From the NCBI GenBank assembly GCA_950097015.1, contig CATNEN010000007.1:9796001-9860000 (forward strand): a DNA stretch of 64,000 bases, read 5' to 3'. Shown here in pieces: positions 1-12,649 of this stretch. This stretch comes from Macrostomum hystrix (lineage: Eukaryota; Animalia; Platyhelminthes). The position numbers were made by a program, and so were the translations under genes. Position 1 is the first letter of the stretch. Each line of letters begins with the position of its first letter. The notes beneath the pieces were generated by a model. That model searched no databases, was not told where the DNA came from, and saw only the letters and a list, made by a program, of their open reading frames with translations.

Positions 1-258
1 ATTAAAATTGCAGCGGATCAGACGTCGACGCGCGACCGGATCAAGCAGCTCAATGTGTAAAAAGTGCAAGCCCGGGCTGATGTCTGCTTCATGGGCTCAG
101 GTGTGAAAACCAGCGCTTACTACTGGGCTTTATGGAGATGGGAGAATGGGATGCGTGGGATAATCCTGGAGTTGGTACAATTGGACAACTGATGGAAAAA
201 TATCAAGTGACAGAATGAGTGAAAAAAATCAAAAGAAATTGGTTCTAAAGACCCTCAC

Positions 259-557
259 CCAGCGTCCGTCAGGTCCGTTGCCGCCTGGTCGTCAGCCGGC
301 CTGGGCGTGGCCTCATCGGAGGTCGGCGGCAGAGGCGCCGGCGCCGGCCGGTGGGAGAAGCCGGGCTCCCTTGGCGCTGCCAGCTGGCTGCCGCGCAGCC
401 GAAGGTGAGGGAATGCGGAGCGCCACTCGGCGCACTCCTCTAAGGTTACGGCAGGCGGCGGCTGGGCAGGCGAAGCGAATGGCTCCTGTCGGTAGAGCAG
501 GCTGTCGATCTGCTCGAACAGGTCGTTCACCCGCTGGGCCGCGATCAGCTCGTATTC
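259..557 (-). CDS. FAM149: FAM149 family (DUF3719) protein, internal exon; gene continues beyond it toward the left edge
   Basis: Peptide EYELIAAQRVNDLFEQIDSLLY...EECAEWRSAFPHLRLRG resembles the FAM149 conserved block. Acceptor ctcccag| at 558-560 and donor |gtgag at 254-258. Confidence 0.8.
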
Positions 558-635
558 CTGGGAGGGCGGGGGCGACATGCTGACATGGGTTTGATTCTCT
601 CAATAGTGTGCGAGGGCCCATGAGGAGTGGAGTGG

Positions 636-847
636 GAGCCGGTCAGCAGGCTGAAGGACCCGATGGCAGGGAGCCGGTCAGCAGGCTGAAGGACCCGATG
701 GCAGGGAACTGGTCAGCAGGCTGAAGTACCCGATGGAAGGGAGCTGGTCAGCAGGCTGAAGTACCAGATGGCGGGAGCTGGTCAGCAGGCTGAAGTACCC
801 GATGGCAGGGAGCTGGTCAGCAGGCTGAAGTACCCGATGGCAGGTAG
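636..847. repeat. 35-bp minisatellite (~6 copies) inside a FAM149 intron
   Basis: Unit ggtcagcaggctgaagtacccgatggcagggagct recurs at 641, 676, 711, 746, 780 and 815. Confidence 0.95.
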
Positions 848-933
848 GCCGAAAGAGGGAAAGTAGGGGTCCGCCCTGAACAAGCGGAGGTAAGCAGAGG
901 TGGGGCATCTATGGCAGAATCGCAGTCTCTTAC

Positions 934-1264
934 GCAGTCGGCCCAGTCGTCGGAGCTGCTGACGCTGGTCCGGTCCGTCTCAATGAGGTGGTGACGCTCC
1001 GTCGGGCCAGACAGCATGCCGCCGAGGTTGCCATTGACAACGCCGTCCCAGCCCGTGGCGTAGCCGGGCAGCAGTCCATTATCTCCAGCAGCGTCGCCGA
1101 CTTCTTCAGCTACTCTGTCATCGTCTTCTTCATCGGCTGACAGTGTCGACTCCGAGTTGGCCGAGGCTGTAAAATCTTCCTCGTTGTCAAATTCTTCTCT
1201 TTGCCGGCTGTCCGTCACTAACAGGGTTGACAGGTCGGTGCTCTCGGAGGCATAGGCGGGCCGG
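934..1264 (-). CDS. FAM149: FAM149-like gene, upstream acidic exon
   Basis: Open frame ending SVSSSDDWADC|gtaag joins in phase 0 to EYELIAA. Acceptor ccccccag| at 1265-1267. Confidence 0.7.
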
Positions 1265-2132
1265 CTGGGGGGGGGTTGCGGGGGTCGATGGAAAAGTTTA
1301 ATGCTCAGGCTTAAAAGTGGATAAGAAAAAAAGCAAGCACAACACGCATCTACGAGTAGTGAGCTGAGATTTATACTCGGACTGGGCATGGATATCATAT
1401 ATGTGACTGGTGTCGCTGCCTGCATGCTCTTTCGAAATTCTAAGCTTTTCGAACGCAAGCCAGGTTTATAATTTAGTCTCGAGCTCGGGATTCGGATTCG
1501 AGCTCGGGGACTATGGTGCGAAACCAGCAGTGGCACAACCTTGGTAACCGGAAGTCCTTCTGAGGGACATTGTTTCAGTCTCGCGCTGCTAAATGCTTAC
1601 TAGGCTGTCTGGGACGCTGACTGACAACTCGCTGGGCTGGGGATTGAGATGTATGCACCCTCAGCACAGGAGATGTGAGAAGCTGAGCTCAGCAATCTCT
1701 CACCCCACTCACAAGTGACTCAGCAGCGCCCAAATACCAATGGAATTTTTTAAACTAAAAACAATATCGGCAGTCTGAGCTGGGAAGGAGGGACAGAGAG
1801 ATGAAATCCCATCGTCATTAGGACGTGTGTTGCCATGGAAACAGAAAGCCTGGCCTGGGAGTGTCTGAGAAGCCCAGATAGGAAGGTGAGGGTTAAAGAT
1901 GAGGCAGGCATCAGGGCTCGTATTATTTACCTGCAAAATATTTCGTTAGCGCGCATGTTTTTAGTTTGCAGAAATCAACGGAACCGTCAGCTAAAATATC
2001 TTAAAACAAGCAACGCGGTGCACAAAAATACCTAAAAATATCCCATGCGTAGAAGCACTGACAATGTATTTGTTAAAATGCAGCTTCATTTATTTGAGCA
2101 ATAAACAAAAAACACGGTATTTACTACAAATG

Positions 2133-2475
2133 GACTGAGCTCTCCTATGGGGTCATAGGTGAGCGAGACTGAGCTTTCATAAGGGGTCATGGGTGAGCGA
2201 TACTGAGTTTCATAAGGGGTCATGGGTGAGCGAGACTGAGTTTCATAAGGGGTCATAGGTGAGCGAGACTGAGTTTCATAAGGGGTCATGGGTGAGCGAT
2301 ACTGAGTTTCATAAGGGGTCATGGGTGAGCGATACTGAGTTTCATAAGGGGTCATGGGTGAGCGATACTGAGTTTCATAAGGGGTCATGGGTGAGCGAGA
2401 CTGAGTTTCATAAGGGGTCATGGGTGAGCGATACTGAGTTTCATAAGGGGTCATGTGTGAGCGAGACTGAGCTCT
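2133..2475. repeat. 33-bp minisatellite (~10 copies)
   Basis: Unit tcataaggggtcatgggtgagcgatactgagtt; the ORF track shows an 11-aa repeat. Confidence 0.95.
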
Positions 2476-2566
2476 TCTAGGGAGTCAGGGTCATAGGGAT
2501 ACAGAAGAATCGAAGGTAAGCAGATAGACCTTACATAGAGGTATTTTCAGTGTCAGTGTCACTCAC

Positions 2567-2743
2567 CCGTCACGCCTTCGGTGCTCCTCTAGCCAGAGCT
2601 GCTGCTGCTGTTGCTGCTCCCGGTCCAGGTGGCCGCCACTGTAACTGCCAAAGGTGGAGGAGCTGGCCGTTGCGGTGGAAGAGTCCGACCCAAGGCGGAT
2701 GGACAGTGGCGCCTCCAGATCTGGCGTGCGGCCCACCGCCTGG
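2567..2743 (-). CDS. Probable further upstream FAM149-like exon (Ser-rich and poly-Gln)
   Basis: 177-nt ttgcag|...|gtgag exon, open frame QAVGRTPDLEAPLSIRLG...EQQQQQQLWLEEHRRRD, phase 2 at both ends, matching the next exon. Confidence 0.5.
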
Positions 2744-4020
2744 CTGCAATGGTGTTGAATGAATCAGATCAAGCGTCTGTCAGAATTGCTCATTTCTTTG
2801 CTCACATCAGATAGAAGAGTTAGAGAATTCATATAAAAGTGAAGACTATAAAAGTGAAGCACATACTCGGCGAGTGCGACATACGGGACTCTTATTGGGG
2901 ACCGGGTTCGTGGGTAGTTTTAGATTGGTATGGCAGCCTTCCCAGAACGCAGCCTTAGGAGCGCTATGCAACAGCTGCGACTGTGCCACAGGCGGTACAT
3001 CATACCGGAATTGATAATCCCGTGGCCCATCTGGGATAGGTTTAACTTCTGCTGCTACATGCTTATCAACGCAACTAACCCACGAGCTCCAAGACCAGCC
3101 CTCACGACCTGCAGAAATTCTTACACAGCCATGCCAAGCTCGGTCGCGATGAAGTGTAACTACTGCAGCGTCGAACAGACGAACAGTGTCGAATCCCAAA
3201 TAGGATTGCGCAATAGCTTATAGGCGAAGGCGGGTGAGCACGGTGAGAAAAGACGGCCTACTAGCAGCCAATAGTTGGGGATCTGCTGCACTGTTACCCT
3301 CACTGCCGCCTCAATCCGGTGTTAGGCCAAGTTTACAGTTTCAATGAGCTCTCCTTTGCTGTAGTTGCGATGCCTAATTTATTCTAATAGAGTCAGGAGC
3401 AAGGGCAGAGGAGGAGCCATTTACTTCTATTCTATTCATACCGAGCAAGTGCGGCCACTGTGAGTACACAAACGGATGGCGAGGCGGGACTGGCTGGGGT
3501 GGCGCGGCAGCGTACTATGAGCCTGACTGAGGCAGCGGAGCAGGCAGAGAAGCCCCGGCAAGCACTAGGCAATTGGGTCTCACGCCACCTCTATTCAAAT
3601 GCAGCCTTGTCTCCTATTTCACTCTCCCTGCCTGCCAGCACCCCTGCACCGCAGGAGCCAGCGGAAGCCTTAGCCAGATGCCAAGAGGCCTCGTTTACCC
3701 AGCTCTGCCCTCTGTTGGCAGCTGTCAGCAAATGAGCGGACGGAGGAGCGGGGGAGGCTGCGGTATTTGTCCTGCATCGCAAGCAGTTGATTGAGAGCTT
3801 AGTCCACAGCACACAGTTGCCACTCGCTTCATTATTTAATTCAAAGCTAAAACTCTAAGAGTTCAAAGTTATAAAGCAGAGAATGGCTCTCATTCCGGGA
3901 CTGTTTATTCATACTTGGTTTGATGCCATTTTCACAGTTTCTAAGCACAAATAATTCCTTATTTCATTTAATTTATATAAGATGAAATAATGCAGCACGT
4001 TGCACAACATAAAATACTGG

Positions 4021-4310
4021 AGTTACACCCTCTAGGCAGGCAATAGGCAGTTACACTCTCGCTGATGGAAGGCAATAGGCAGTTACACTCTCGCTGATGG
4101 AAGGCAATAGGCAGTTACACTCTCGCTGATGGAAGGCAATAGGCAGTTACACTCTCGCTGATGGAAGGCAATAGGCAGTTACACTCTCGCTGATGGAAGG
4201 CAATAGGCAGTTACACTCTCGCTGATGGAAGGCAATAGGCAGTTACACTCTCGCTGATGGAAGGCAATAGGCCGTGACTCTGACTGATGGAAGGCATTAG
4301 GCAGTTGCAG
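4021..4310. repeat. 32-bp minisatellite (~8 copies)
   Basis: Unit ggcaataggcagttacactctcgctgatggaa. Confidence 0.95.
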
Positions 4311-5053
4311 CTCCATTCTGAGCTATATAAAATATGTAAAATCTAACTGAAATCGTCATTGCACGCAATAAAAGTTCAGTTGAATTCACCCACGAGAGTG
4401 AATGCCAAGATCGACTGCAACAAACCGATGGAATCCTGTCTGTGCGGCGCCCTTGGGTCTAACCAAACAGCATCTACCAGCTGGCCTGTTGTTTGGCTAA
4501 TGCAGGGCACCAGAGGCTTAGAGCGGGGTGGTGCGTTGGGCTAAAAGCAGCAAATTTTCTCGCCACCGAAAAAGCCTTAGGAGCTGCTCAGCCCGCTCAG
4601 AGCCAGTTAGCAATGAGCAAACATAGACTAGTGTTTATAGAAGCCAGCAGCTACACCGGACAGGAAAACAAACTCACAATATTACCCAGAGCTTGGGAGA
4701 ATCTCATAAGGAAACAAACAGAGAAGTCCTAAGACAGTGGGTCTCGGCTTATGTGAGCGCTAAACTCGAGCCAAAGTACCAAGGACATAAAATAAATAAG
4801 GGCAACACTGCAAGGCATTGGACTATAAGTCTACTTTTTCTCGTGCATAAGAATCCAGGGATTAGTCAAGTTTGAGACTAAGTGCAATAAAAAAAGCCAA
4901 GTGAAAAGTTTCTCCAAGAGCCGCAGCTCGCCGCCTTCGCCAAGTCGGGCATTAATATTTTATTTTCCACAGTCCTTCAATGTCGCCCTGTAGGCGCATC
5001 TGCTGCAACATCAAACACATCCAGGGGGCTTCAGTCAGCAAAGGCAATCTGCA

Positions 5054-5221
5054 TCAGTCCTTCTTGAAGCCGATGGTCTCAGCGTACTGTCGGAAGCATT
5101 GACGGCACACACTGAGGCCGTACTTGCGAATCAGACCGTGCCTGTTGGAGCAGACGCGGCAACAACGGCTGCCAGCTCCATACTTTTTGGGGTGCGCGTG
5201 CCAGATTGTTGAGAAGGGCAT
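5054..5221 (-). CDS. RPS29: 40S ribosomal protein S29 (uS14), 55 aa, no intron in the CDS
   Basis: Manual translation gives [55 protein letters not shown], with the CxxC...CxxC zinc motif. A minus-strand AATAAA lies near 4961-4966 and an acceptor ttaattgcag near 5261. Confidence 0.95.
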   Translation of the reverse strand: MPFSTIWHAHPKKYGAGSRCCRVCSNRHGLIRKYGLSVCRQCFRQYAETIGFKKD

Positions 5222-8200
5222 TTTGTGAGCAGGCGGACTTTAGCTGGGCTAGCCTTTAAGCTGCAATTAATCCCAGCAAAATGTCAATAACACAGTGTCA
5301 TATACTCCACCATTTCACAGTCTTGATGAACAAAAGAATAGCAAAAAGAAAAAATAGAATCGTGATTGTGAATATGCTACTTAAAAAATGAATAACAAGT
5401 ACCACAGATAAAAATTAAGTGCTTTAAAATTAAGCACTTTGATAAACTAAAAAATGTTCTTAACCCTAGCTATAATATATTATAATTTTGTTTCTAACTT
5501 GTATCTGGTTTCTCTTCATTCAGAATTACATAGCTACATAGTTATGCAAAAATAAGAAAAAATACTAAGTTTGGCAATTGTGCAGATTTTTGTTTAGAAA
5601 ATTTTCACAGTGTAATCATTTATATATATTTTTTATTTCAGTTAAGCACCACGACTGATCATCTAGCTGCTCTAACAGCAATAGCCAATTTATCTTAAGA
5701 AGTACTATTATTCTGGTTCCCATCACAAACTAGCATCTTCTATATAGTGATATAGACTGAATATAAAAAACGGAAAAATCTGCAAATTTTTGTAAATATT
5801 CTGTTTGAATATGTGTACATTTGCAAAATTATTTGTTTAAATGCACTGTAATTATTTTGTTTAAATTGAAACATTTAGTATAAATACAGGAGCAGAATCG
5901 AGGGAAAACCTCAACCTTGTTTGACTTGTGGTTTCAGACCAAGTTTGTAAACAATACTCAGAAGTGTTCTTTCATTTTTTATAAAGCATATGAAGACAAA
6001 TACTAAGAGAATTAAAGATAAAGAGAATTAGAAAGTATTACTGCACACTTGAGATCATTGGTAAGGCTCTTCAGAAAGCCTATACTAAGAAATACATACT
6101 TATGATAAAGTAATCAGCCATAATAACAAAATATGCTACCAAGAATAACTAAATGTGCAACCCAGAATAACTAAAAATGATACTTAAACTAAATAAATAC
6201 ACTACCGGACTAAGTACTCTACCAAGAAATTCTTTGAAACATATAAAATACATTCTCAGAGACTAATTCTACAAGTATTAAAATTACTTAGACATTATAT
6301 TAAAATACCTCGGTAAACAACTTCTGTAGGATATTAAAAATAAGAACTACCACAACTTTGGTGGCATAGTAATTAACCCTAGGACAACTTTGCTGAGTGA
6401 TCCTTAGATTGACAAATTAAAAAGAGAAGCACTAGGACAAATCTGGTTGCAACATTAGTATAGTATAGTATAGTATATTTAGTATAATTTTAAGCTACTA
6501 GATGTTATAACAACATTGTATGTTATACCCAAAAAATTGAATACAAATGCAATTTGACTCAAAATGAGCGCCCTAGTTGCACTTTTGTCATGACTTAAAG
6601 TTGTTATTCGTTTTTTAATGTTAGACAGTAATTGTAGAAAAATAGTGAGACTAGACTGCACACTAAAAGTTTTATTTTGCATGCTTGAAAATAAAAAGTA
6701 GAAAATTTTACTTATAGGCAGTAAAAAAGTCAAAATTCTCTTGTCAACAACCTTTTGTACTTGTTACTATTATTCATTTGTGCCACAAATGCATTATACC
6801 AATGTAAACACTAAATGTGCATGCCAAGAATCAAGCTTCTTGAACACTAATCCTATAAAATATTTTCACTTCTCATAAAACTAGGCATAAGAAAACTACT
6901 TTAGATTCTTATTATTAAAAAATTACATGTAAGCTACAACTGTAGGGGTTTTAGTGAGCCATTTGCAAGAGTGGAAAAGCAGAAAAATTGGCAAAAAAGT
7001 GTTTAGATTTTGTGGTAAAAAACGTGAAAAAGGTTTTAAAAATAATATATTAGTTTAAAAGAAGACAAAATTATCTGTCAAATAAAAGCTATCTGAGCTT
7101 ACAAAGTGATCAATAGCTAAGTTACACGACTGGGACAAAAATGTAAAATGTGTCCATTTGTGGAAATGGGGGTACAAGTGTAGATTGAACTTTTTGTTTA
7201 AATATGCCCTATTGAAGCAAAACAAAATGAGTCTGGTGTAAAAGGGCAGTAAATATGATAAAATTTTGCAACTTTAGAAAACAATATTTTTTTCTTTACC
7301 TTACTTTCCAAGTGAATTTTTTTCTGATGGTTTCCATGAAGTGCTATACAAATATGATTTAAATATTGCAGGTACAAAGTGACTTGTTGCATGTCTTTAG
7401 AGCCTATAGTGGGTAAGTAATAGTTTTTTTGGTACATGTTTTTCCCATAAGAAATTGCAAAAGTTGATGCCCTCAATGCTTGCACAATAATTTATAATGT
7501 TTTCTTGTGCACTGTAAGCAATGCATCAGTAAATACAAAGTAAAGGACTGTGCAGCTTGTCGAAAGGTAAGCAGATGCATTTATTTACAAGAAAATGTGT
7601 ATCTACTTATAGTAGGCATTGTGTATTTTAAGTTTTTACTAGTAAAGTTTATAATGAACTGATATAATATATACTAAACACTGGATTTTCTCAGCAAAAA
7701 GTGCTTGCCAGGGTAGGGTTTGACATTACTATGCAGTAAAGTTAGCAGTTTTTACCATGCAGTAAAATGTCGCTAATGTAGTTTTTAAAAGTTTGTTTTA
7801 AATGTACTTTTTACTTAACTATATAAATCCTGGTGACATGGTTTCAAAATGGCCTTATTTATTGAAATTGGTCAAGGAAAAAAATTATATCACTATCAAT
7901 GTTAAGAATGTTAGCAAATGCCTTTGGAAGTAATGTAGGCCTATTAGAAAATGTGACCATTTAGGCCCAAAAAAGTTTGAATATTTTTTTCTTACCCTTT
8001 TTTCTATTATACCAATTCTAACATGCTTGATTTCATTCTTTTGCATTTGTCCTCTTTTATATACTTATGACTTCCTACTGATAAGCAATATAAACTGCTT
8101 TTAGTCTATTGCCAAAGTCAAGCATGCCTATAAAAAATGATAGACAAAAATGTTACATGTCTTTTTTGGCTTTTTTGGTATATACATAGTTTTGGTGACA

Positions 8201-8262
8201 TGCCATAGTTTGCCATAGTTTTTTTCAGTTAAAATGTTTTGTTTAATATTAGCATGCACTGT

Positions 8263-8610
8263 TAATAACATGTTAAAAAACTTCATTGTTTAACAAACCT
8301 TATTATGCTGTAGGCCTACACTATGTGGAATTTACCACACTGTTTAAAAAACATCACTTTAGGCTTTGAATATGAGGTAAAAACAAGTCCAAGCCTGAAA
8401 TCTGGTTTTTTAAACAGTGCGGTAAATTTGGCATAGTCCACAGCATAAGTCCAAGCCTGAAATCAGGTTTTTAAAACAATGCAGTAAATTCTGCATAGTC
8501 CACAGCATAGTCAAAGCCTAAAGTGAGGTTTTTTAAACAGTGTGGTAAATTCTGCATAGTCCAACGTATAATAAGGTTTGTTAAACAGTACAGTTTTTTA
8601 ACATGTTCTA
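8263..8610. mobile_element. Foldback-like palindromic element with internal ~61-bp tandem units
   Basis: Left arm aacatgttaaaaaac...tttaacaaaccttatta...aatttaccacactgtttaaaaaac is the imperfect inverse of the right arm. Three 61-62-bp units start near 8386, 8448 and 8509. Confidence 0.65.
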
Positions 8611-9979
8611 ATAGTAAGTCAACAACCAAAATGGATTATTATCTTTTGTAAAGTTGCAAGCTGAAGTTACAAATCAAGTTGAAAGTCAATTGGAAAACCT
8701 AAAGTATTTGATAATTACAGGATTAAAGTTTAAAAAGTCTAAAGAATCCAATGTAAGGAAAGTAAATACCAAATATCAACCATGCATGCCAAATTTGGTA
8801 GGAATCACCAAACACCACCAATGCATGCCCAAGTTTTTGAAGTGTTACGAATTAGATATTGGAAAAGCTGGGATTTATTACTAAGTATCGTTGTACTTAA
8901 ATCACCAAAAAAGTAAATTACGAAATGGACACCCGAACATAAAACAAATTCTAACAGGCCACACGGCACACAGGACAGGACCCAGGCACCCTTAAGATGC
9001 CTTAAACGATGACTGCCACAACTCAGCATTATATTATCATTCTCATACTATAATCAGCTGCTCTGTCCCTAATAAAGGGGCATGGCTTGCTTGTGGACAC
9101 GGCCGCCGTGTCAAATAGCAAGCCATCACTGTTTATCGCGGTCTCAATATTAGACACAATAACCGTTACTATGAATTTGCTATTGAACAGATTCAGGCCA
9201 GGGCAGGCGGGCGCGTTTTGTCTGTTGAATTTTCGCATCTAGATTTTTAACAGCTCAGTTTCTGATATAAATTAAAATCATAACTTATTATTCAACAAAT
9301 TTATAAACTCTTAAACGAATCATACATAATTTGAAAACTCTGCAGCAACTTTTTTGATAAAATTAGCTAAGTTCATAAAAGTTAAGGTTTTTTAAATTAC
9401 GTTTTTTGTTTAAAGTTCTTTAGAGACTCGCTACTTTTTTCTCTTCTAATTCTCTATTAGAATTTCACAGTTGAATGATATGGTAGATTGATAGTTGCTT
9501 CTGTTTGTTGTCTTTCTTTGCTTGCATGTGATTGCCTAGATTTCATGGTGTTTATAGTATCAAGGCTTGAGCTAAAGGCGAATGACTTTGATTAGTCAGA
9601 CGTTTAAGTTTATTCCCACAACGTTCATAGGCCTTAATCATATTATTGATTGTTGTTCATTTCGATTTTGTAATTTCTGAATACTTCTATTACCATAGAC
9701 AACTTTTTACCCACCTGCTAATTCAATCGAGTTTTTGTAATAAATAGCTATTTACTAACTCTGGTGTCCATTGGCAATTGCCATTATGAGTGGTATTCCA
9801 ATAAAAGGTATGTTTTTATGATACAATTTGTTACATTTTTTAGTTTTGGTGATATGAAAATATGTTATAAATATAAGAGTTAAAAATGTAAGGCTAAAAA
9901 TTAAGCAGAATACAAACTATAACTATACAAACTATAACAGACAACTATACAAAAACTTGAACTGTGCCCTAGTGCAGCC

Positions 9980-10715
9980 GGTTGACGGTCATTTCGTCTG
10001 CCGCCTTTTCGTCTGCCAATATACGATATAGTCGTTTCGTCTGCCAATATATATAATATACAAATCGGAATAACTAATTATGTCATCAAGCTTTGCATGG
10101 AAGTGTAATGTAAATGTCTTAATAATTATAATTTATTATAATGCTAGGATTTTTCTGAAAGTTCCGGAGCTAATATGTTGCATATAAATACACAAAGCCA
10201 GAAGCAAATATCTCCAACCGTTTAGTTTCCTTCCAACTTTCTTTTTTTCGTGTATGTAAACTCATATGCAATTTATTCACAAATACAAGTAGCTTAAATG
10301 CACAAAGTGTAAAATGTAAGGAGCAATTGAAATTGTAGGCACAGAAAATGTAAACTCATATGCAATTTATTCACAAATACAAGTAGCTTAAGTATTATAT
10401 AAAGTTTTATAAAGTATTTTATACTTTATAAAGTATACTTAAAAATAAAGTATTTTTATAAAGTATTTTATAAAGTTATATAAAGTATTATATAAATTAT
10501 ATAGGTTAGTTAGGTTTTGTAGAAAATGAAGAAAAACAAAATGTATCAATATAAATAAAAAAACATACTTAAAACTTGCTTATACCAATTTATTTTAATT
10601 CCCTACATAAAAAATACTAAATAAGTGAACCAAAATAAACATAAATAAAAAAGTCGTTTCGTCTGCTAAAATTCTTTGTCAGACAAAAAGGCGGCAGACG
10701 AAATGACCGCAGACT
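9980..10715. mobile_element. Non-autonomous TIR element (MITE) with 8-bp target-site duplication
   Basis: TIRs cggtcatttcgtctgccgcctttt / aaaaggcggcagacgaaatgaccg; TSD gtgcagcc at 9972-9979 and 10716-10723. Confidence 0.85.
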
Positions 10716-10887
10716 GTGCAGCCTTGTCAGGCCTTCCAATATAATCAGCATGTCAACCAAATCTGCCTGCATTGTTTCTGACTTTAGTGGTCACCAACCT
10801 TGTCATTACCTAGATAAAGCGTCTGGCCTTACTTTTGTTAAACAGAAGTCAATTTTGTGTTATGTTACAAAAAGTACTAAATTTAAA

Positions 10888-11559
10888 GGCAGAGCTTATT
10901 CCCATGGTCCCGTGCTGATAATTTCAATTTTATTCATGGATCCATGCCAATAATTTTCTGCTTATCCATACGGCAGCTTGTATGAATAGGTCTACAACTC
11001 TTTATATAAATATGCCGTGCTGTTAATTTCAGTTTTATTCACACAGTTCTCTTCTTTAAAATGAGGCCCTTTCGGGTTTGAACATTTTGTTGAACCCTTG
11101 AGCCAATAGATCGACAAAGTTGATGTGTGTTACGACAGTGTTCTACATTCAACCTACACATTCATTAACCGACATTAATATCATCCTTTTTAATTATTGT
11201 AATAACAACTTACTAAATATTTTGTCATCGTTACGTGTTTTCATTAGAATTGTATTGGCTTAAAAAAGTAAGAAGTCTATCTAAGAAAATCATACTAGTC
11301 AACCAGCAGAATTCTAGTCAGCACCAAAATCGTCACACATATTATAAATCATTGTTATTCTTTTACACTATGCATTGATAGTGTACACTATACACTATAC
11401 TCTGAAGCAAAAGCCTTATGCTCAGAGAAGAATAGGTAGGGACTTGAAAGTAGACCTATTCATACAAGCTGCCGTGTGGATAAGCAGAAAATTATCGGCA
11501 CAGATCTGTGTGGATAAAATTGAAATTATCGGCATGGGACAGTGGGAATAAGCACTTCC
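10888..11559. mobile_element. Mutator-like (MULE) non-autonomous element with ~110-bp TIRs and 9-bp TSD
   Basis: GG...CC termini, long imperfect TIRs (e.g. ggcagcttgtatgaataggtctac / gtagacctattcatacaagctgcc), TSD aaatttaaa at 10879-10887 and 11560-11568. Confidence 0.85.
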
Positions 11560-12249
11560 AAATTTAAATGGTACTTCATTAGAAAAAAGCACTAGGAAAT
11601 TGGTAGACACTTCCTCAACCCTCATTTGCAGTTTGTAATTGCTATCTTTAATTGTATTCATAAAATATATGATTTATCAAGACACTCATTGAAGTTTATA
11701 GACACATACATATTCATGAATGTATATTAGCAATGTATTGATAAGATTATAAGTAACTTATACAAAATTTATTTATAGAATATAAAAATCAAAGTTGAAA
11801 CTGTTACTTTGACACCACCTAATTGCAACTTATTCTTTTGTAGTTCTTGAGTTTACAATTTCCTATTGTCAACAAATAGGAAATAATTTGTTCAGTGGCC
11901 TTAATTTTTGATTGGCAAAATATAATAATCAATTTTTGTTTGCATATTAGGAAAAACAAACAATAGATTGTCCCAGTTGGAGGCTTTAGCATTGAGATTT
12001 ATTGCGTAAAAGTTAATTTTGAATCATCCCTTATACCCCACAGCCCTGATGCGACAGAACAAGAAACGCAGCAAGCAGAATGCTCGGCTAAAGGCAGCAG
12101 CTGCAAACAACAAACTGAACAATATTAACAGAAGGTGAGCTAATAATATATCTAGATATTTCCCTTGAGCATTATAAACACTACATACCACACTGTCACT
12201 GGCAAAAATATCATTGTTAAACTTCTTATATGCAAATTCTAAATAAACA

Positions 12250-12480
12250 TGGGGGATCGTTGGCAGAGCAATCATCACATTTGCCTCTCGCACCACGGTC
12301 CCTAAGTTCAATTCAATGGCAAGGCCACATTTATTTGGGGTGCAGCCATGGAGAGAAGGCTTGAGGGCTTGTCGTGCAATTTATGCCCTTGAGGGCCAAC
12401 CTCCAAGGTACAGTGAAATGTACACTGCCTGACGATGATAAAGTCGGCAGATGTACACACCTGTGTGAGCGTATGCCTGC
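12250..12480 (+). mobile_element. tRNA-derived SINE, family A (diverged copy)
   Basis: A-box-like tggcagagc and degenerate B box. Body (tttgcctctcgcacca...ggagagaaggctt...caacctccaagg...gcctgacgatga) is homologous to the reverse complement of ~43800-44025. Confidence 0.7.
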
Positions 12481-12649
12481 ATACAGTATGTGTGTGCTCA
12501 GGAGTCAGTGAAATGGGCAGAATTGCCTCCTCGCTGGCTGTGGGTCTAGTACCACTTAGTGATGTGCCACTGCCCGTAGCCCTCCTGCAATTGTTATTTT
12601 TTAATTATTATTATGCTAAATAAACCATCTCGACCACTCAAAGACAGCC

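Noticed and set aside
3440-3780. Possible first exons of the FAM149-like gene (MQDKYRSLPRSS...)
   Set aside because: A phase-compatible path exists but there is no recognisable similarity and several alternative splice sites, so it is too uncertain to annotate.
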